A stretch of 59,055 nucleotides of DNA, counting the filler, from Basidiobolus ranarum (Eukaryota): the NCBI GenBank assembly GCA_040143965.1. It is 3 parts of 3 records of this genome, joined end to end, with 100 filler letters (N's around TTAATTAATTAA, not from the genome) between each part and the next. Parts side by side here need not be neighbours in the genome. Positions count along the whole stretch, not along the records: positions 19,775 to 39,390 come from JASJQH010007121.1; positions 39,491 to 59,055 come from JASJQH010007122.1; 1 more part is not named here. One strand, written 5' to 3'. Numbering within the stretch: position 1 is the first letter of the stretch; each line of letters starts with the position of its first letter. This document shows, in pieces, positions 26,484-39,551 of this stretch. Under the pieces are notes generated by a model, which worked only from the letters and a program-made list of their open reading frames with translations, was not told where the DNA came from and did no database searches. A program made the position numbers and the translations under genes.

Positions 26484-29400
26484 TGTGTATATCACGAAAG
26501 GTGAAAGGGAATATTAAGATAGAGCCAGCTCTACTAGAATGAGATAGTTACGACAAGAGGGCGTGAAATTAGATGAAAGCGAATAAACAAGATTTTGGTG
26601 GAATATTTATAGAAGGTATGATTTATAATAAAAAGGGGGAAGGTAAAATGGGTGCGAATAGTTTAAATTCAAATGGGAGAATGAGTACTTTTTGTGCTAG
26701 GAAAGCAATAGATTTTAGTGCCACGAAGAGAATTAAGTAGCACAAAAATGGCCGGGATAAAGTCGGGAACAAAGTTAAATTCAGGATCCCGTTCTGTTTT
26801 CCTATTGTTGTGATTCCATGCAGGAATGGGTGAAAGCCAATTACAACCTACTTCCATTTCACATTACTAGAGGCAGTGAAACAGATTATAGCAGTTAAGG
26901 TGCTGTTAACAAACCGCATCATCGGAGAAGTTAACATCAATCAAGATGGCCTTTTTAGTGATCGAATCAGCATACTGACAGAAGATCATGTTGGATTACA
27001 ATAAACGAGTCGGATAATTACTGCCGCATCACATCATTCTTACTGATCCCATTCAACCCTTAAGGCAAACTCGTACAAGTGAATTAGTAGTTGCAGGGCA
27101 ATATTGGGGACTTTTCATGCACTTGACGCGCAGAAGTGGAGTATATTTCGTAAAATATAACAGCAAATCACCGACCTTTTTTGTGCATACCAAGAAATGA
27201 ATTCACAACTTTGGAGCCATTATTTGAGAAGCAACCACTCGATTTATAACTGGCGTGTGGAATGTGGCATATTGAAGGACGATTTTACATATCTCAGCTG
27301 GTAACATCCAAAAGATGTTGCAAAAAACTAATCTTTGTTTTAGTTTCGAATGCAGCAGCCATCACTGACAGTGGCATATTCACCTATTAATTACTGGATA
27401 AATGAATCTTGCCATACGTACAAGTTACCCAGGAGATTTACCCTGTCTCTGAAGAGGAGTCGTGACTGTATTCCATGCTATAAGAGTCTGTTGATATTTA
27501 ACGATTGACACCTTTAGATCTTGATGCTGCAATTAGTATCTGTTTCCTTTTTTAGACGGGCTGATATATCATCAGGATGTACAGGAACAGCGTTGGCCAA
27601 TTACCAATCCTTGAACACCGTGGTCACTGTCCAAATGTTAAACAAATGAAGTGTGTTATTGAGAATATCCATAACGAGCTTTCCGTATCACGTTCCACTT
27701 TTTAAAGTTTGAATTGTTATGACTTTACATTAACCATTAGTACTAAATGATTGATGCCATTTAGATCTTCACCAATCTAGACAAGTATGGGTTTGGAATT
27801 CATTATCCATGCAAGCTAACCTCTTTTGACAACTAATAAAGGCAGATAGCGGGATCTCAGACCCCAAGAATTTATCCAATATTTAAGATGTCAACATGTA
27901 CTTTTTTCCCTCTTATACCTCAGCTTAGACTGGCTTGAAAGCAAAATTTCACCATCACCAATCGCTGGCTTTCAATTGATAAATTCCTGAATCCAACATT
28001 TTTGTAACTTTCTTTTGACTCAAACGACTGAAGCCGTTGATCATCTGTAACTCACCATTGGGCTGCTGTATATGGCATATCAATCGCTGGAGAGCCTGAA
28101 CTATCCTCCTTCTATACAACTGGTAGGAAAGGAAGTAGTGTTTAGCACCATCAGAAAGTTGGATTCGTGGGAAGCAAGTCCCGGACAATGGTCAAGAGCT
28201 CCATTATGATGAATATGCCTTTGCCATCATTATGCACCATGAAGTTTGTCAAAGATAATGGCAAGCTTGAGGCTTTAGATACAGTATTGCTTATGAAAGG
28301 TATGGCATGGTCCTGAGTAGAAACTTGCAAACATCTAGTCCTGTATCATGTTGATGTACGGGTTTGCCATCTAGCAGATGTATAGAGCAGAGATTATTAC
28401 CGTATACAGTTATGGCCTAGTTACCTCGATAGATCGGCTGCCACCATTGGTAATAAAGCCCGACAATCTGGTCGTAAAAAGGGAAGTAACTTGAATGAAC
28501 AATGTATTAGTAGCCAGTAAGAATTACGTAGTAATCAACAGTATGATACAAGCCTATTCTGAACTATGAATCAATCTGAAGGAGATTTGGTCATGGATTC
28601 GATAAAAGAAATTGAATTTTGGATCATTAGCATAAGACAGTTCTCAAACCCCATCAAGTCATCAAAGATAACAGGTCGTTGGCGTATACAATTATCTGTT
28701 GAAACCTGTATGCTCACGCAGTACTATGGTTAGTAATTAACCTCACACAACATATTGTGCTTGGAGTGAGTTCTGAACGGGTTAAAAGTGAATTACGATG
28801 TTCATATAGATTACATGTCTACCACTTGACCACACCATTGACCATGACAGATAGTGAATTTCAGGACAAGAAACACAGTTTCGCCGTGGAGTTTCAGGTG
28901 CATCATGACAAGAGCATATAATTGTAACAATGATGGTAGGATGCACAACAAAGTAAGCAAGGCAGATGAGACAAGACTAGTATTGGGAGATAGGTATCGA
29001 AAAATGGGCACGTCAGGGGCTGACTGCTGAGAAGATCTATGACGTCGTGATAATTATGGGATAATATTGAGCAATCTATTGCCCAAGAAAAATAGGACAT
29101 AGATTGATGAGAAAAGAGGGGCGTGGGTTTTGGCATCGTAAGTGCCGCGATCCGAAAGGCGTACCTCCTGAACAAGCTTGCTAATCCCAAGTCACACTGC
29201 TTAAACAAATTAAATCCATAGATGATTCTGGATGGCGTGTAATAATACATTCCTGTACACTTGGCTCCCCTCTCGAACATGGCCATTCTCTATCCGACAT
29301 ACTCTGCCTATGATAGCATCTTTCGCAAAATAAGTGAATCTTCATACTAATTAAACAACGAAGCTCATTGAATACACCTCATTTGGATACATTGGTGAAA

Positions 29401-29682
29401 CGAGACCTCAAGGCATTTGAACTGCCAAGTTGCCGATCTAGACTCGTAATGGACTAAAAAAAGGAGATACATGGATTTGGTGACTATGCACTCGTGAGTT
29501 AACCTGACTTCCTCGTATGTTCGGCACTACATCATGAATCTTTCTAGAGTTGTATGATTTATTGAAATCTTTCACAAATTACAAGTATGGCTATATGTTT
29601 CTGATACGAGAGGAAGGTAGGAAATGGAATGAACACTATCAACAAGGATTTCAAATCTGATGAACGACCCAGTATATCGACA

Positions 29683-30449
29683 TTAGAGCAATGATACTGG
29701 TATGGTAAGAGAAAAGTGAGCCGGGCAGTAGTACTCTCCATCGACGATAGCGTACGTCCTTGAATCCGGAGTCATAACTCGACAACAAATAGAACACCTT
29801 GAACCTCTTTCAGGCTCCTCTTTCCGACTGTGCAAAAACGTAGAGGGGGTACTATGTTCAAATTTTGAGTCAGCGGAGGGTTCATGCCGATTAACGGAAT
29901 GACGTGAACGAAGGATGTCAATACAATGTGGTTTGGGAAAAACAGATCCCACTGGAGAAACTTTAACCTTGGTGGGTCCAAAGAGTTCTTCGTCATCTTT
30001 AAAATCACGAATTTTGGGTCGAATGTCTTCAGCAGCGGGAACATCCAACGGCAGATCAATTGAGCTGTGAGTAGACCCTACACTTAAGCTAAGTCTACTG
30101 TCTTGTGAAAATTGTGAAGAGCGACGATAACGTTTAGGTGTTTGACCATTGTCGAACTTTAAGAATAATTGATAGGTTTTAGTGACCTGAAGAATACACA
30201 ATTAGTACAGCTATGAAGAGGGTTTACCTTTGCTATCAAAGAATGGATGTCTACTCCAGAAACACGTCTCTTTTCTGAGGGCACAAGTGAGGCTCGTGTG
30301 TGTGTATGTTGTGGAAGGCCAGTTTCATAATAACGACGTATATCTGATGTAATGCGTTTAGACGATGGTTGTTCGAACTCTTCTAAGCTTGCAGTACGCT
30401 TGCGAGAACTGGCTACATCTGATAATCCAGGACTAAGTGAGTTTCTCAT
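29683..30449 (-). CDS. Small, largely disordered protein with a C-terminal single Zn finger (half-LIM-like); 2 exons
   Basis: Exon 1 30449-30228 joins ORF 29683-30201 in phase 0; C-terminal CSICCRVMTPDSRTYAIVDGEYYCPAHF (Cx2C...Cx2H). Confidence 0.65.
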
Positions 30450-32147
30450 GATGGAATGCTCAGTGGAGTGACAAGTACAGGTCTGAAGAAGTTGTATGAC
30501 AAAATGGGTGGATGGAATGATGTATGTGCGGCTTTCAGCTTGTATTTAAAGGATAGCTCAATCCAAATAAAATGGCAAAAGTCAGGTTTTTAGTCCCTCT
30601 CGGATTGGCTCTTCGCTATGTTTCAATGGTACTTACCAAATTAAAATAAAGGATCCATGTAGAACAAAGGAATAGGAATAATTGCCAGAGAAAAGATCAT
30701 CAATGTTCAAGGCCTGATACAATGTGATATCTTCATCTGATCCGAGTTTTAGTCGATCCACGAGATCGCTAGAGCTCTATATCTAGTGCTCTAACAACCA
30801 AAGAGGTGGTGATCTTAATGCTGCCTTTGATCGGATCTTCACTCCCCTGCTTTCTATTCTTCGTGACTGTTCACCATCCATTCAATAGCGTAAACAAATA
30901 CCGATGGATGTCCAATCAGAGGGGGGGTGAACTTGAGCGGGCCAATCATGCGGATATCAAGTAAAATTGAGGATAGGAATTGCTTGCATCATGGCTGCAC
31001 ACGCCGTGCCGAAAACGCACATTAACTCATTTTGTAATCGAGAAACATTGTTGATTTGTCTTGGGCATGAGTGCCCCGTTACTGGTCATACTCATTAGGT
31101 AAGTGTCGAGAATCCAGCTTAGTAGGATCCCTTCGGATTACATAGTGGGCCGCAGTCGTTACTACATATGTTTTCACTCTACCCATGAATACAGTATCAT
31201 GGATGAATGCGGATGCCGCAGTAGCTAAGAAGCCTCTGTTAGGATTGTATGTGTTGGTAGGTGTGGTTTGGCAAAGAGAAACGAGAGTCTCGAAACAACC
31301 ACATCCTGCTTCACTTGGAGAATGGTTTGTAACAGGTGCGCAGTATCAATATGGTAGCGTATTGCGCACAGGTTTGAGATCTTACTCAGATTCATCACAT
31401 CACATCCATTCTCACTGCACTGTAAATTGGTCATGGATGAAACAATGATTCGGAACATTTGAAGGTCAGTTGTATTCTGATCGGTCGTCGCACGTGACGA
31501 TCCAACTATTGCTAATTGCGAGTGCATGTTGAGGTTGCTATATGTATTGAATTCTAGAGCGCTGCTTGGAGCAGCTGGAAATCACATCAGCAATCAGGCT
31601 TCGTATCCTCCCTTCCAGATGAAATGAAATACTAGCCAAGTCTTCCATGTCCATGTACTCTTACATGCATCATTGGGATCAACTGGATCAGCATGTTGTA
31701 ACTGCCTGATTCACTACTTTGGGGAGTCCTGGGTGATCAAAACAAATGGCAATCTATATTTACTAGGTGTGCCAGCATAAGAATAGTGCTGACTCACAGC
31801 CATTCTTGACCAAGCTTTTTTATTCCACTGGCAAATACTCCACACCCTGCAACCCCATGACCTAGGTGAAATCTGAGCGAGTATTTATAGGACAGGCCTA
31901 TTCAACCCTGATCAGATAACGGCCTTGATACGTCATAGCCATACAATCTCACAAATCAACGTCAGTAGGTTTGATCAGTTAGTTAACTAACATTCTGGGA
32001 ATGGGATTAATCACTTGTGATCATTTGCCTGGTGGTGAAATTTGATTAAAAAACCCTTCAGGATGGATTAATACCTGTGTGATGATACTGGTGGAATTTA
32101 ATTCTTTATCATATATAGCCTGGACAGTGGTTTTAACGGAACGTTAA

Positions 32148-32960
32148 ATGTACTCACCAGCTGGCCAACCTACTCGTTCAAGCTCTCTTGTCAATGAGTT
32201 TCCTTCTATTGTTAATAAAAGGTTAATCTTCAATTTGAATTACATACTTATTATTGCCATTCTTGTTTCCATTCGGCGAGCCTTTCGCCTCTTCATCAAT
32301 CTTCTACCTATATATTTATAACCGGATTATTAATCAAACTTCATCCTTTTAAGCCCAGAAGAATTAGAAAAACTATTGACAGATGAAGAGGAATTCGAGA
32401 ATTACTTTACTCAATTAGAGCAAGTGCTGAACGTTGAAACTGTACATCGCGAGCTTAAGGAGGGAAATGAGAGCCTAGCAAGTAAGTTCTAAACCACAAA
32501 CTCATCTTAGTGCCCTAGTATAGAATTGAATTGCCTATATTATCATATAAATTATTATGTGTTGTTTGAATAACCTCTCTTTTGTGTTTTTGTACAATCT
32601 ATTAATACCCCATTTTCAGGAAGCAGTTTGAGTAAGCAACCTGAGCTTGAACGACTTCGTGAGTCTATCTCCAATCTCGAACCGGAGTGGAGAGAAAAGA
32701 AAATGGTCTTTGATGAACAGACGAAATTACGTTCTGAAGCCATCAAGCGGTTTTCCAAGGATAATATTTTAAACCAACTACGTAATAAGGTTGCGACTAT
32801 CGATCATGAAGCAGATGACCTGGCTAACCAATATCTTACGGGACAATTGGAGCTCGATGTGTTTTTAAAGTCTTTCCGAGAAACCAAGAAGACATATCAT
32901 ATACATGCGGCTAGACTCGAGCGTTTACTAACCGATCCATCTATTCTGGATTTGGAATGA
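32148..32960 (+). CDS. VPS37: ESCRT-I subunit Vps37 / Mod(r)-domain protein (3 exons)
   Basis: EFPSIVNKSPEELEKLLTDEEEF...EGNESLAR...EADDLANQYLTGQLELDVFLKSFRETKKTYH, the Mod(r) pattern. Confidence 0.82.
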
Positions 32961-33499
32961 CCCGTTTTCTTATGCTCAACTCCAAAGTATACCTGCTCAT
33001 ATATTCTGTAAATTCTTATTTTTTATGTGGAAAGTGGCAACACTCCATCCTCATTTGATCCGGCGTATTTATAAAATAAATCATACAATATACTGAGTCA
33101 TTTCTCTCTTGCGATCCGAAGGGATATATAGATGAAGCTTTAGCGTTTGGTTTCTTTGACGGCTTGGCTGGTTCGTAGGACCAGTATGTTTTCGTGCTGC
33201 CACATTCCTATTGCTTGTGCTTCCATGGCTGCTACAATTCAGTCACCTATTTGGCTCAGTACATTAAAGATTCTGATGCTTGACGAGACTTGAATACATA
33301 CGGTCATAGATCGAAGAGTCACGTGATTATAAAGCATTTTATTTAATAGTGAACGAAATCGGAAGTCTTGATAATTCAAGCGAGTTATCAAGTGAAAAAT
33401 AATTGCTGTAAGTGCAAATAGGCAGAGAAATTACAAACAATGACACTTGAATATGACAAACTAGGGTCCAATGTGACCAAGTACTGTATAGTAAGTTCC

Positions 33500-34819
33500 T
33501 TATAAGAAGGATCCTTTGTTACCGCGAGAGAATCGACTGCCTAATTTACCTGCACGTTCCAACAACTCCTGTTGCTTTTTAGGGTCCAGTGTTTTTATGC
33601 TAAGATCTCTATCACGGTCGAATCTTCTTTGTGTTGGATCATCTTCATCGATTCCAAGTGTACGCTTCTTCTTGGCCTTATTCTCAAGATGCATATCCAT
33701 GAGCGATTTGGGTCTATGAGTTACCTATTGTAACCACTGATTAGTTTTCATGTAGCTTAGTGGGGCATGATCTCGACAAAACGTACGTTGTATTCTGCCA
33801 CTTCTTTGGCAATATGTCTTTCCTTTTCATGTAGCTTGGCTGCTTCGAAGTCCTCATTGACGTCTTTCTTTCGTTTTACCTTAGTTTCCTTTATAAAATA
33901 TTCGTTTAGTTAAATCCATGGTTTGGATTTTAATGAAATCAGCTACCTTCCCCTTTCTTAGTCTTTTCTCGCGATCAGCAGGAGTCTCCGTCCAACCAGA
34001 GGAATCAAAATCCAATTCAGTTGTATTTTTTGCAAATTGACGAGTTTTGAGGTTTAAAGGATCTATGGAGCAACAATGAGTTATAATAAATATCACTCTA
34101 GACGATCAAGTAATACCTGAGCCAGGGGTTTTGGAAGTAGGAGGCACAAGCATCCATTCGCCGCGCTCTACTTTCTGAGGATTTCCTGCCGCCTAAGTAG
34201 CAATTCAACAATGGTACCATGCATTAGCTAGAGTAAAAATTGCGAACCACTTGTATATATACAAACATCAGTTAATTCTTTTGTTCGTTGTGCACGTTCT
34301 TCGATCTCGCGTATTTTAGCGCTTAAATCACTATTAGACTACAAAAGGATTATTCACAAGTAAGTGAATGGTGACTTCCACTGGATTTTAGTTCCAAAAA
34401 AGACAAACCTCTACGCCTGAAGAAGGAAGCATGGGACCAACAGTACTATCGTCCTCTGTGGGAGTGTTGAGTACCAATCCTGAGGGTAACTGAGGTCCGA
34501 TCGGACCTCTTCTGGGTTTTGAAGGAGCCCTGGACGCAGCTAGTTCAGGTGGAAGTGAGGGTCCATATGATTCCTCTTCAACTATGTTTTCGCTACTTTC
34601 GCTGGTTGGTTCGATTGGTGTTGGCTCATTGGGTTGTATACGCTTTTCTAGGCCAGGGGGTAACATTGGACCAACCATGGTATTATCTTCCATATCGGAG
34701 GGTAATATGGGGCCAATGACACCTACTTCATTTGTACTCGAACTTCTAAAGTTCGCTGGAAGTACGGGCCCGATAGAGACTTCTTTGTCTCCAGGCAACT
34801 GAGGACCTATATCTGACAT
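33500..34819 (-). CDS. GPALPP1: GPALPP-motif protein (DUF3752 family; 6 exons)
   Basis: Seven GPxLP motifs; ERGEWMLVPP; SGWTETPADREKR; RPKSLMDMH; RRFDRDRDL; LGSRFSRG. Confidence 0.88.
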
Positions 34820-35590
34820 TGAGTTGGTTGGGAAAGGATGGAATTTTCGTGACTGACTGTTAGGAACTTAGTGATGCAAGATTTGTACAAAAACCTGATA
34901 CTAACAATCATTGAAAAATTCCTGGAAATTAGGAATTTTTTAATCTAATCTGCCTATAGTAGTGATTTCTTATTATTCCATGAATTTTTGTCACATATTA
35001 ATCGAATTCATTTGTCATTGGAATGTTTAGAATACAGTTGGGCATATCGTGGGTTGCAGCTCGTGCTTTATAATGTATTCTCGCTAAATAGATGTAACTA
35101 TTTCATACATACATCAAGACTGTTCAGTACCTGTAGTGAAGATATCTACCTTTAGATAAGAACCCAAGAAGGATGGACTCGAGGTTTTTTATGCTGATCT
35201 GGTGCTGTGTTTATCTCCGTACTGGATTACATTCCTATGTATACGTCACCGCCTACTCAGCAACAATACTTTTTGCATGTATATTGCACTTTTCAAGTAC
35301 TACGAAAGTGACACTTTTCAACTGGCATAAATGATATTGAAATGCCGCATGCGGGCAGTTGTATTGTAATTCTAGCATTTAGGAGCATCTCGAAGTTCTG
35401 GACAGTAACCGATCAGATTCACTTCTAACTCCCTAGGAATGTAATGGATTCCAAAACATGCTTTGGGATTTGATTTTTATTTGACACTATGGAATTAGAG
35501 ACATCAAATAGGTATGTGCATCAATGAAAATGGGTTAGGAGATCGGAGCGCGCTTAAGCTACTAAATTACAGACGATCAGCAGCATGAAC

Positions 35591-37898
35591 CTAAAAATCG
35601 CCGACATCATCGTCATCATCATCCAGATCAGCTTCTTCAATCTCTATGGCGAGTTCTCGCTCTCTCTCACGGGCAGCTTCAGCAGACTCTAGCTCCTTGC
35701 GATGGGCATTCAATGGGAATCTCATTGCCTACGTGTCAGGTGGATTGGTTAGTATTTGGTGGAATGGGTGTATGAAAGAGGCAAGAGAGTGGGTTTACCT
35801 TGATTGAGTCGTTATGAAGGGTAAGGCAGAAGCTGATGCGCTGATGGAAAGCGTTCTGTGGCTCGTTGGTAGAATAGATATCTACAATTTCCTTGTTTTT
35901 GATGAATCCATTTTCATGGTCAATGGTGGCATCGATAACTCCATCTTTGATGGCCTATTTAGCGATATATTAGTATGCTACCAACTGCAATTTTGTTCAA
36001 CAGTGATACATCACCTTGGCAACGATGTACTCTGCATCTTCTTCACTATCAAGGTGAAGTTTCAGGCATATGTCACGTAAGGAAATACGTGAGTACGAAA
36101 GACTAATCATCCGGATCCCAGTCTTGATGACATTGTGACGAAGTCTAGAATATCTTTATCAGCACAAACACGCTAAAGTTATCGTATTCTGTCGATCTTA
36201 CCTGAGGATAAGCGTGTAGTTCTTGTCTGCACGGAAGACATGACTGAATTTTGCTAGGGTATCTTGGAACTGGGCCAAATCTCCAATACGAACAGCTTGT
36301 AACTGAAGGTGAGTACTCGAACATCAATTATACATATATTTTTGTGGGAACTGGGGTACCTTGAGTGATGTGAAGGTAAGGAGTCAAAGCCTTGCGGAGG
36401 ACTGGTTGCCTGAAAAGAGAACGCTCGGGAATCTCTCCCATCAATAGCTGCACGATGATTGCTAGCTTATGAACCTTGGGTGTTGTAAACAAGATCAGAC
36501 ATATGAATGAATATATGAGGCACCAGGATTACGTACAGTTTGTTGAAATCCAGCAGAGGTGTCATTTTGAGGTGCTTTACGAATAGCTTGCAAGAGATGG
36601 GCATGGGAGGAGCTATAGTCAAGCTGAAGGGCCTTAATACGTCCTGTCAGAAAAAGAACAAAGGCTGTCAGTACTGCGATCATTGCTAGTTCCAAACGAT
36701 TTCATTTCTTACCAAGATAATACATGTATCTGGCAAATTGATTATTGCCGGCGGATTCTGGGAAGTTTGTTTTGGCTACTAATTTATCAGCTTGGTCGTA
36801 CAAATTGTAGTGGAAATAGTTTCTCAAAAGAAGGTTGAGGAGAGTGGCCTAAATCCATCAGACATATTAATACAGTTGCTCATCATTCGAAGTCGACTAA
36901 CTAATGCAAACCTGAGAGTCATCATCACGTCTGAGAGTAGCAGTTCTCTGAGCAGCGAGGAGTTTACTAAAAAATTAATAGTTAGCTCCAGAAATACTTG
37001 GCCTAGCGATAGTAAAGCGACTCTTACGGTCTGATCTCAGCCAGTCTGTCGGTAAGTTCATAGGCCCTTGAGTGATAGAAATAAATACGGGCAGAGATTT
37101 GATCGAGGGAGCGTCTATTGTAGTCGTGAACGGCGTCAATTAGATAATTCGAGAGCTCAATGCTCTAGAGATAAAATGTACTATAGTTAGAATACATAGC
37201 ATTCACTGACCAACTCTGCTTAAAATTACTTTGTTGTATTCCTTTTGGTCTAAAATGAAAGTAAGGACCAGCAAGCTAATGTATAGCTCGATTTCGGGGA
37301 GCACTTCAGTGGACTTGACATCTGCAGTATCTACCTCCATGGATTCAGAGCTCTAGATTAAGGCAAATGGGAATTAAGTAAACACATCTAGGTGGAATAT
37401 AAAACCGCAAATATATACGTCAAGGTAACTGAGAAGCTTAGTCTTCGTTCCATGTTCTAATAAATAAAGCTAAGTACGTAATCCCAATTTGAAAAGTGCA
37501 CCAAATCATCGTATAGGCGTCGCATAAAAACTTGCTACAATGGCCTAATTGATCTACCTTTAGGGAATTTAAGTTGAATCGCTTGCTTTAATATGTCAGA
37601 GGTTATGCGCCTTCTAATAGAAGCAGTTATACGAAGTGCCCTAGTGGTGAAGCGTGATTCGGCAGTTAAAACTGCTTTTTCCAACAAGTAAAAATTATGC
37701 TTCAAATCTATCAAAAATATTTGGTTTAGTATTGTTAGCCACAAGGCTCATAAAATCTTACTACTGGCGGAAAAGGTTCAAACCTCCTAATACCAGTGCA
37801 GCAGTTTCGGAAGCCTTTTCTTCTTCTGATTTTTCTACTACCACCGGCTTGGTTTGCTCATCGACGGATTTCTTAGCATCTATCTCCATATTAGTCAT
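35591..37898 (-). CDS. RPN3: 26S proteasome lid subunit Rpn3/PSMD3 (about 12 exons)
   Basis: [115 protein letters not shown]; acidic end DDVGDF*. Confidence 0.95.
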
Positions 37899-38220
37899 CT
37901 TTATTTCCAGGTGTTTACACAGAAAAGTTTCTGTAAAAGCTCGATGTCTGAATTGCTTTTGCCTAGGTCGGGGGTTTACGCAACATCCAGATTTTGGGTG
38001 ACGTCTTCAAACTAAGATCCCTTTTTTTTAGTTTCAGTGAATTGATTCTCAAATCAAGATATCATCTGGAATGAAAACATTGGTAAGTATGGTAGTTCGA
38101 TACAGATTTTCGGTGTCCCACTAATCATTCATCTCCATAGAATAATTCAACCTAGTCGGTTTATTGATCGCGTAGAAATAGTATCTTTGTCGTACGTTAT
38201 TCTATCAAGCTGTGAACGAT

Positions 38221-39390
38221 ATGTCGGAATCGGGAGACACTGGACCTTACGATGCAACAACGGTAGTTGGGGCGAGGATAAAAATTGATAGTCACTTTGC
38301 AACAATTCGGTTCTACGGGGAAGTTCCTCCAACAAAAGGTATATGGTTTGGCGTAGAATGGGATGATCCGAGTCGAGGTAAACATTCCGGAGAGCATCAA
38401 GGAACAAAATATTTCAACTGCAGGTATAGGAGGTATATAGAACCAAACGTCAAGATGGTTGCTAAATAGTTTATTGTACAGCGTTCCCCATAGTGCCTCC
38501 TTCATTCGACCCTCTCCCAAAATCAAATTTGGGGGTACATTTCTCAAGGCATTACAGCATAAATATGTTCAGCCAAGCAGTACTCCAACAGGAAATAGTG
38601 ATTTGAGCCAAGATACCTATAAAATCCAATTTGGCGCCAATCCGAAGATTGAAGTAGAGGCAGTGGGCTTCGAAAAGGTACACAAGCGTCAAAGGTATTT
38701 TCTAAAGGCTTAAATGTCACCTTGAATATCTTCTTTCTTTTGAGAATTCCTTTGTTGAATCGTCTTTTGAGACTATAGTAACTTGGAGAAACTACTAGAG
38801 GTGGGACTTGATGACTATGAAATCTCTTCGGCTGGGATTCCTGGGGAAATTAAAGCAGCTGCTCCAAGTATACACTTATGATTATATCCATTGTATCTTT
38901 ATTCGAGCCTCCGTTGATAGCTTTATGCATTTAGGTATTAAGGATTTAAACATTTCCCGTAATCTCATTTCACACTGGAGAATTGTAGCAGACATTTGTG
39001 AACAACTTGAGGGACTAAACGTCTTACGTGTCAAGTACGCTGATCGCATATTGTCTATTTTTTAGTCTTTAACTAATCTCAATTAGTCAAAACCGATTTG
39101 AACCTTTAGTCTCTCCTTTTTCACGCACAAATGCATTCGAGGCCCTGGAGATTTTGTCTTTAACTAATACAAAAACCACTTGGGAGCAGGTGATTCTATT
39201 ATTTCACTTCATACAAGTTGAGATGGGTTTGGGACTAATTTCGGTTGTGATAGATTGAATACTTGGAACCATGTTTGAAGAAACTACGCCAACTTCACAT
39301 CGGTTTCAATGGGATCTCATCCTTTACTTCGCAAAGCCGAAAGGTTCAAGGTTTTGAGAATCTGGAAGTCTTAAATATTGAGAGTAACGC
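38221..39390 (+). CDS. TBCE: Tubulin-folding cofactor E (CAP-Gly + LRR), 3'-truncated by the contig end
   Basis: CAP-Gly TIRFYGEVPPTKGIWFGVEWDDPSRGKHSGEH; ASFIRP; IEVEAVGFEKV; LRRs IKDLNISRNLI, LEILSLTN, LEVLNIESN. Confidence 0.9.
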
Positions 39391-39490
39391 NNNNNNNNNN
39401 NNNNNNNNNNNNNNNNNNNNNNNNNNNNNNNNNNTTAATTAATTAANNNNNNNNNNNNNNNNNNNNNNNNNNNNNNNNNNNNNNNNNNNN
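39391..39490. other. Artificial contig-join spacer (N44-TTAATTAATTAA-N44)
   Basis: Identical 100-nt spacer with the linker at 39435-39446. Confidence 0.97.
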
Positions 39491-39551
39491 CTCTTCGGCA
39501 TTGTTCAAATCCAACCGAGAAACCATTTGATGACCTTCGTTTTGATTTTAG

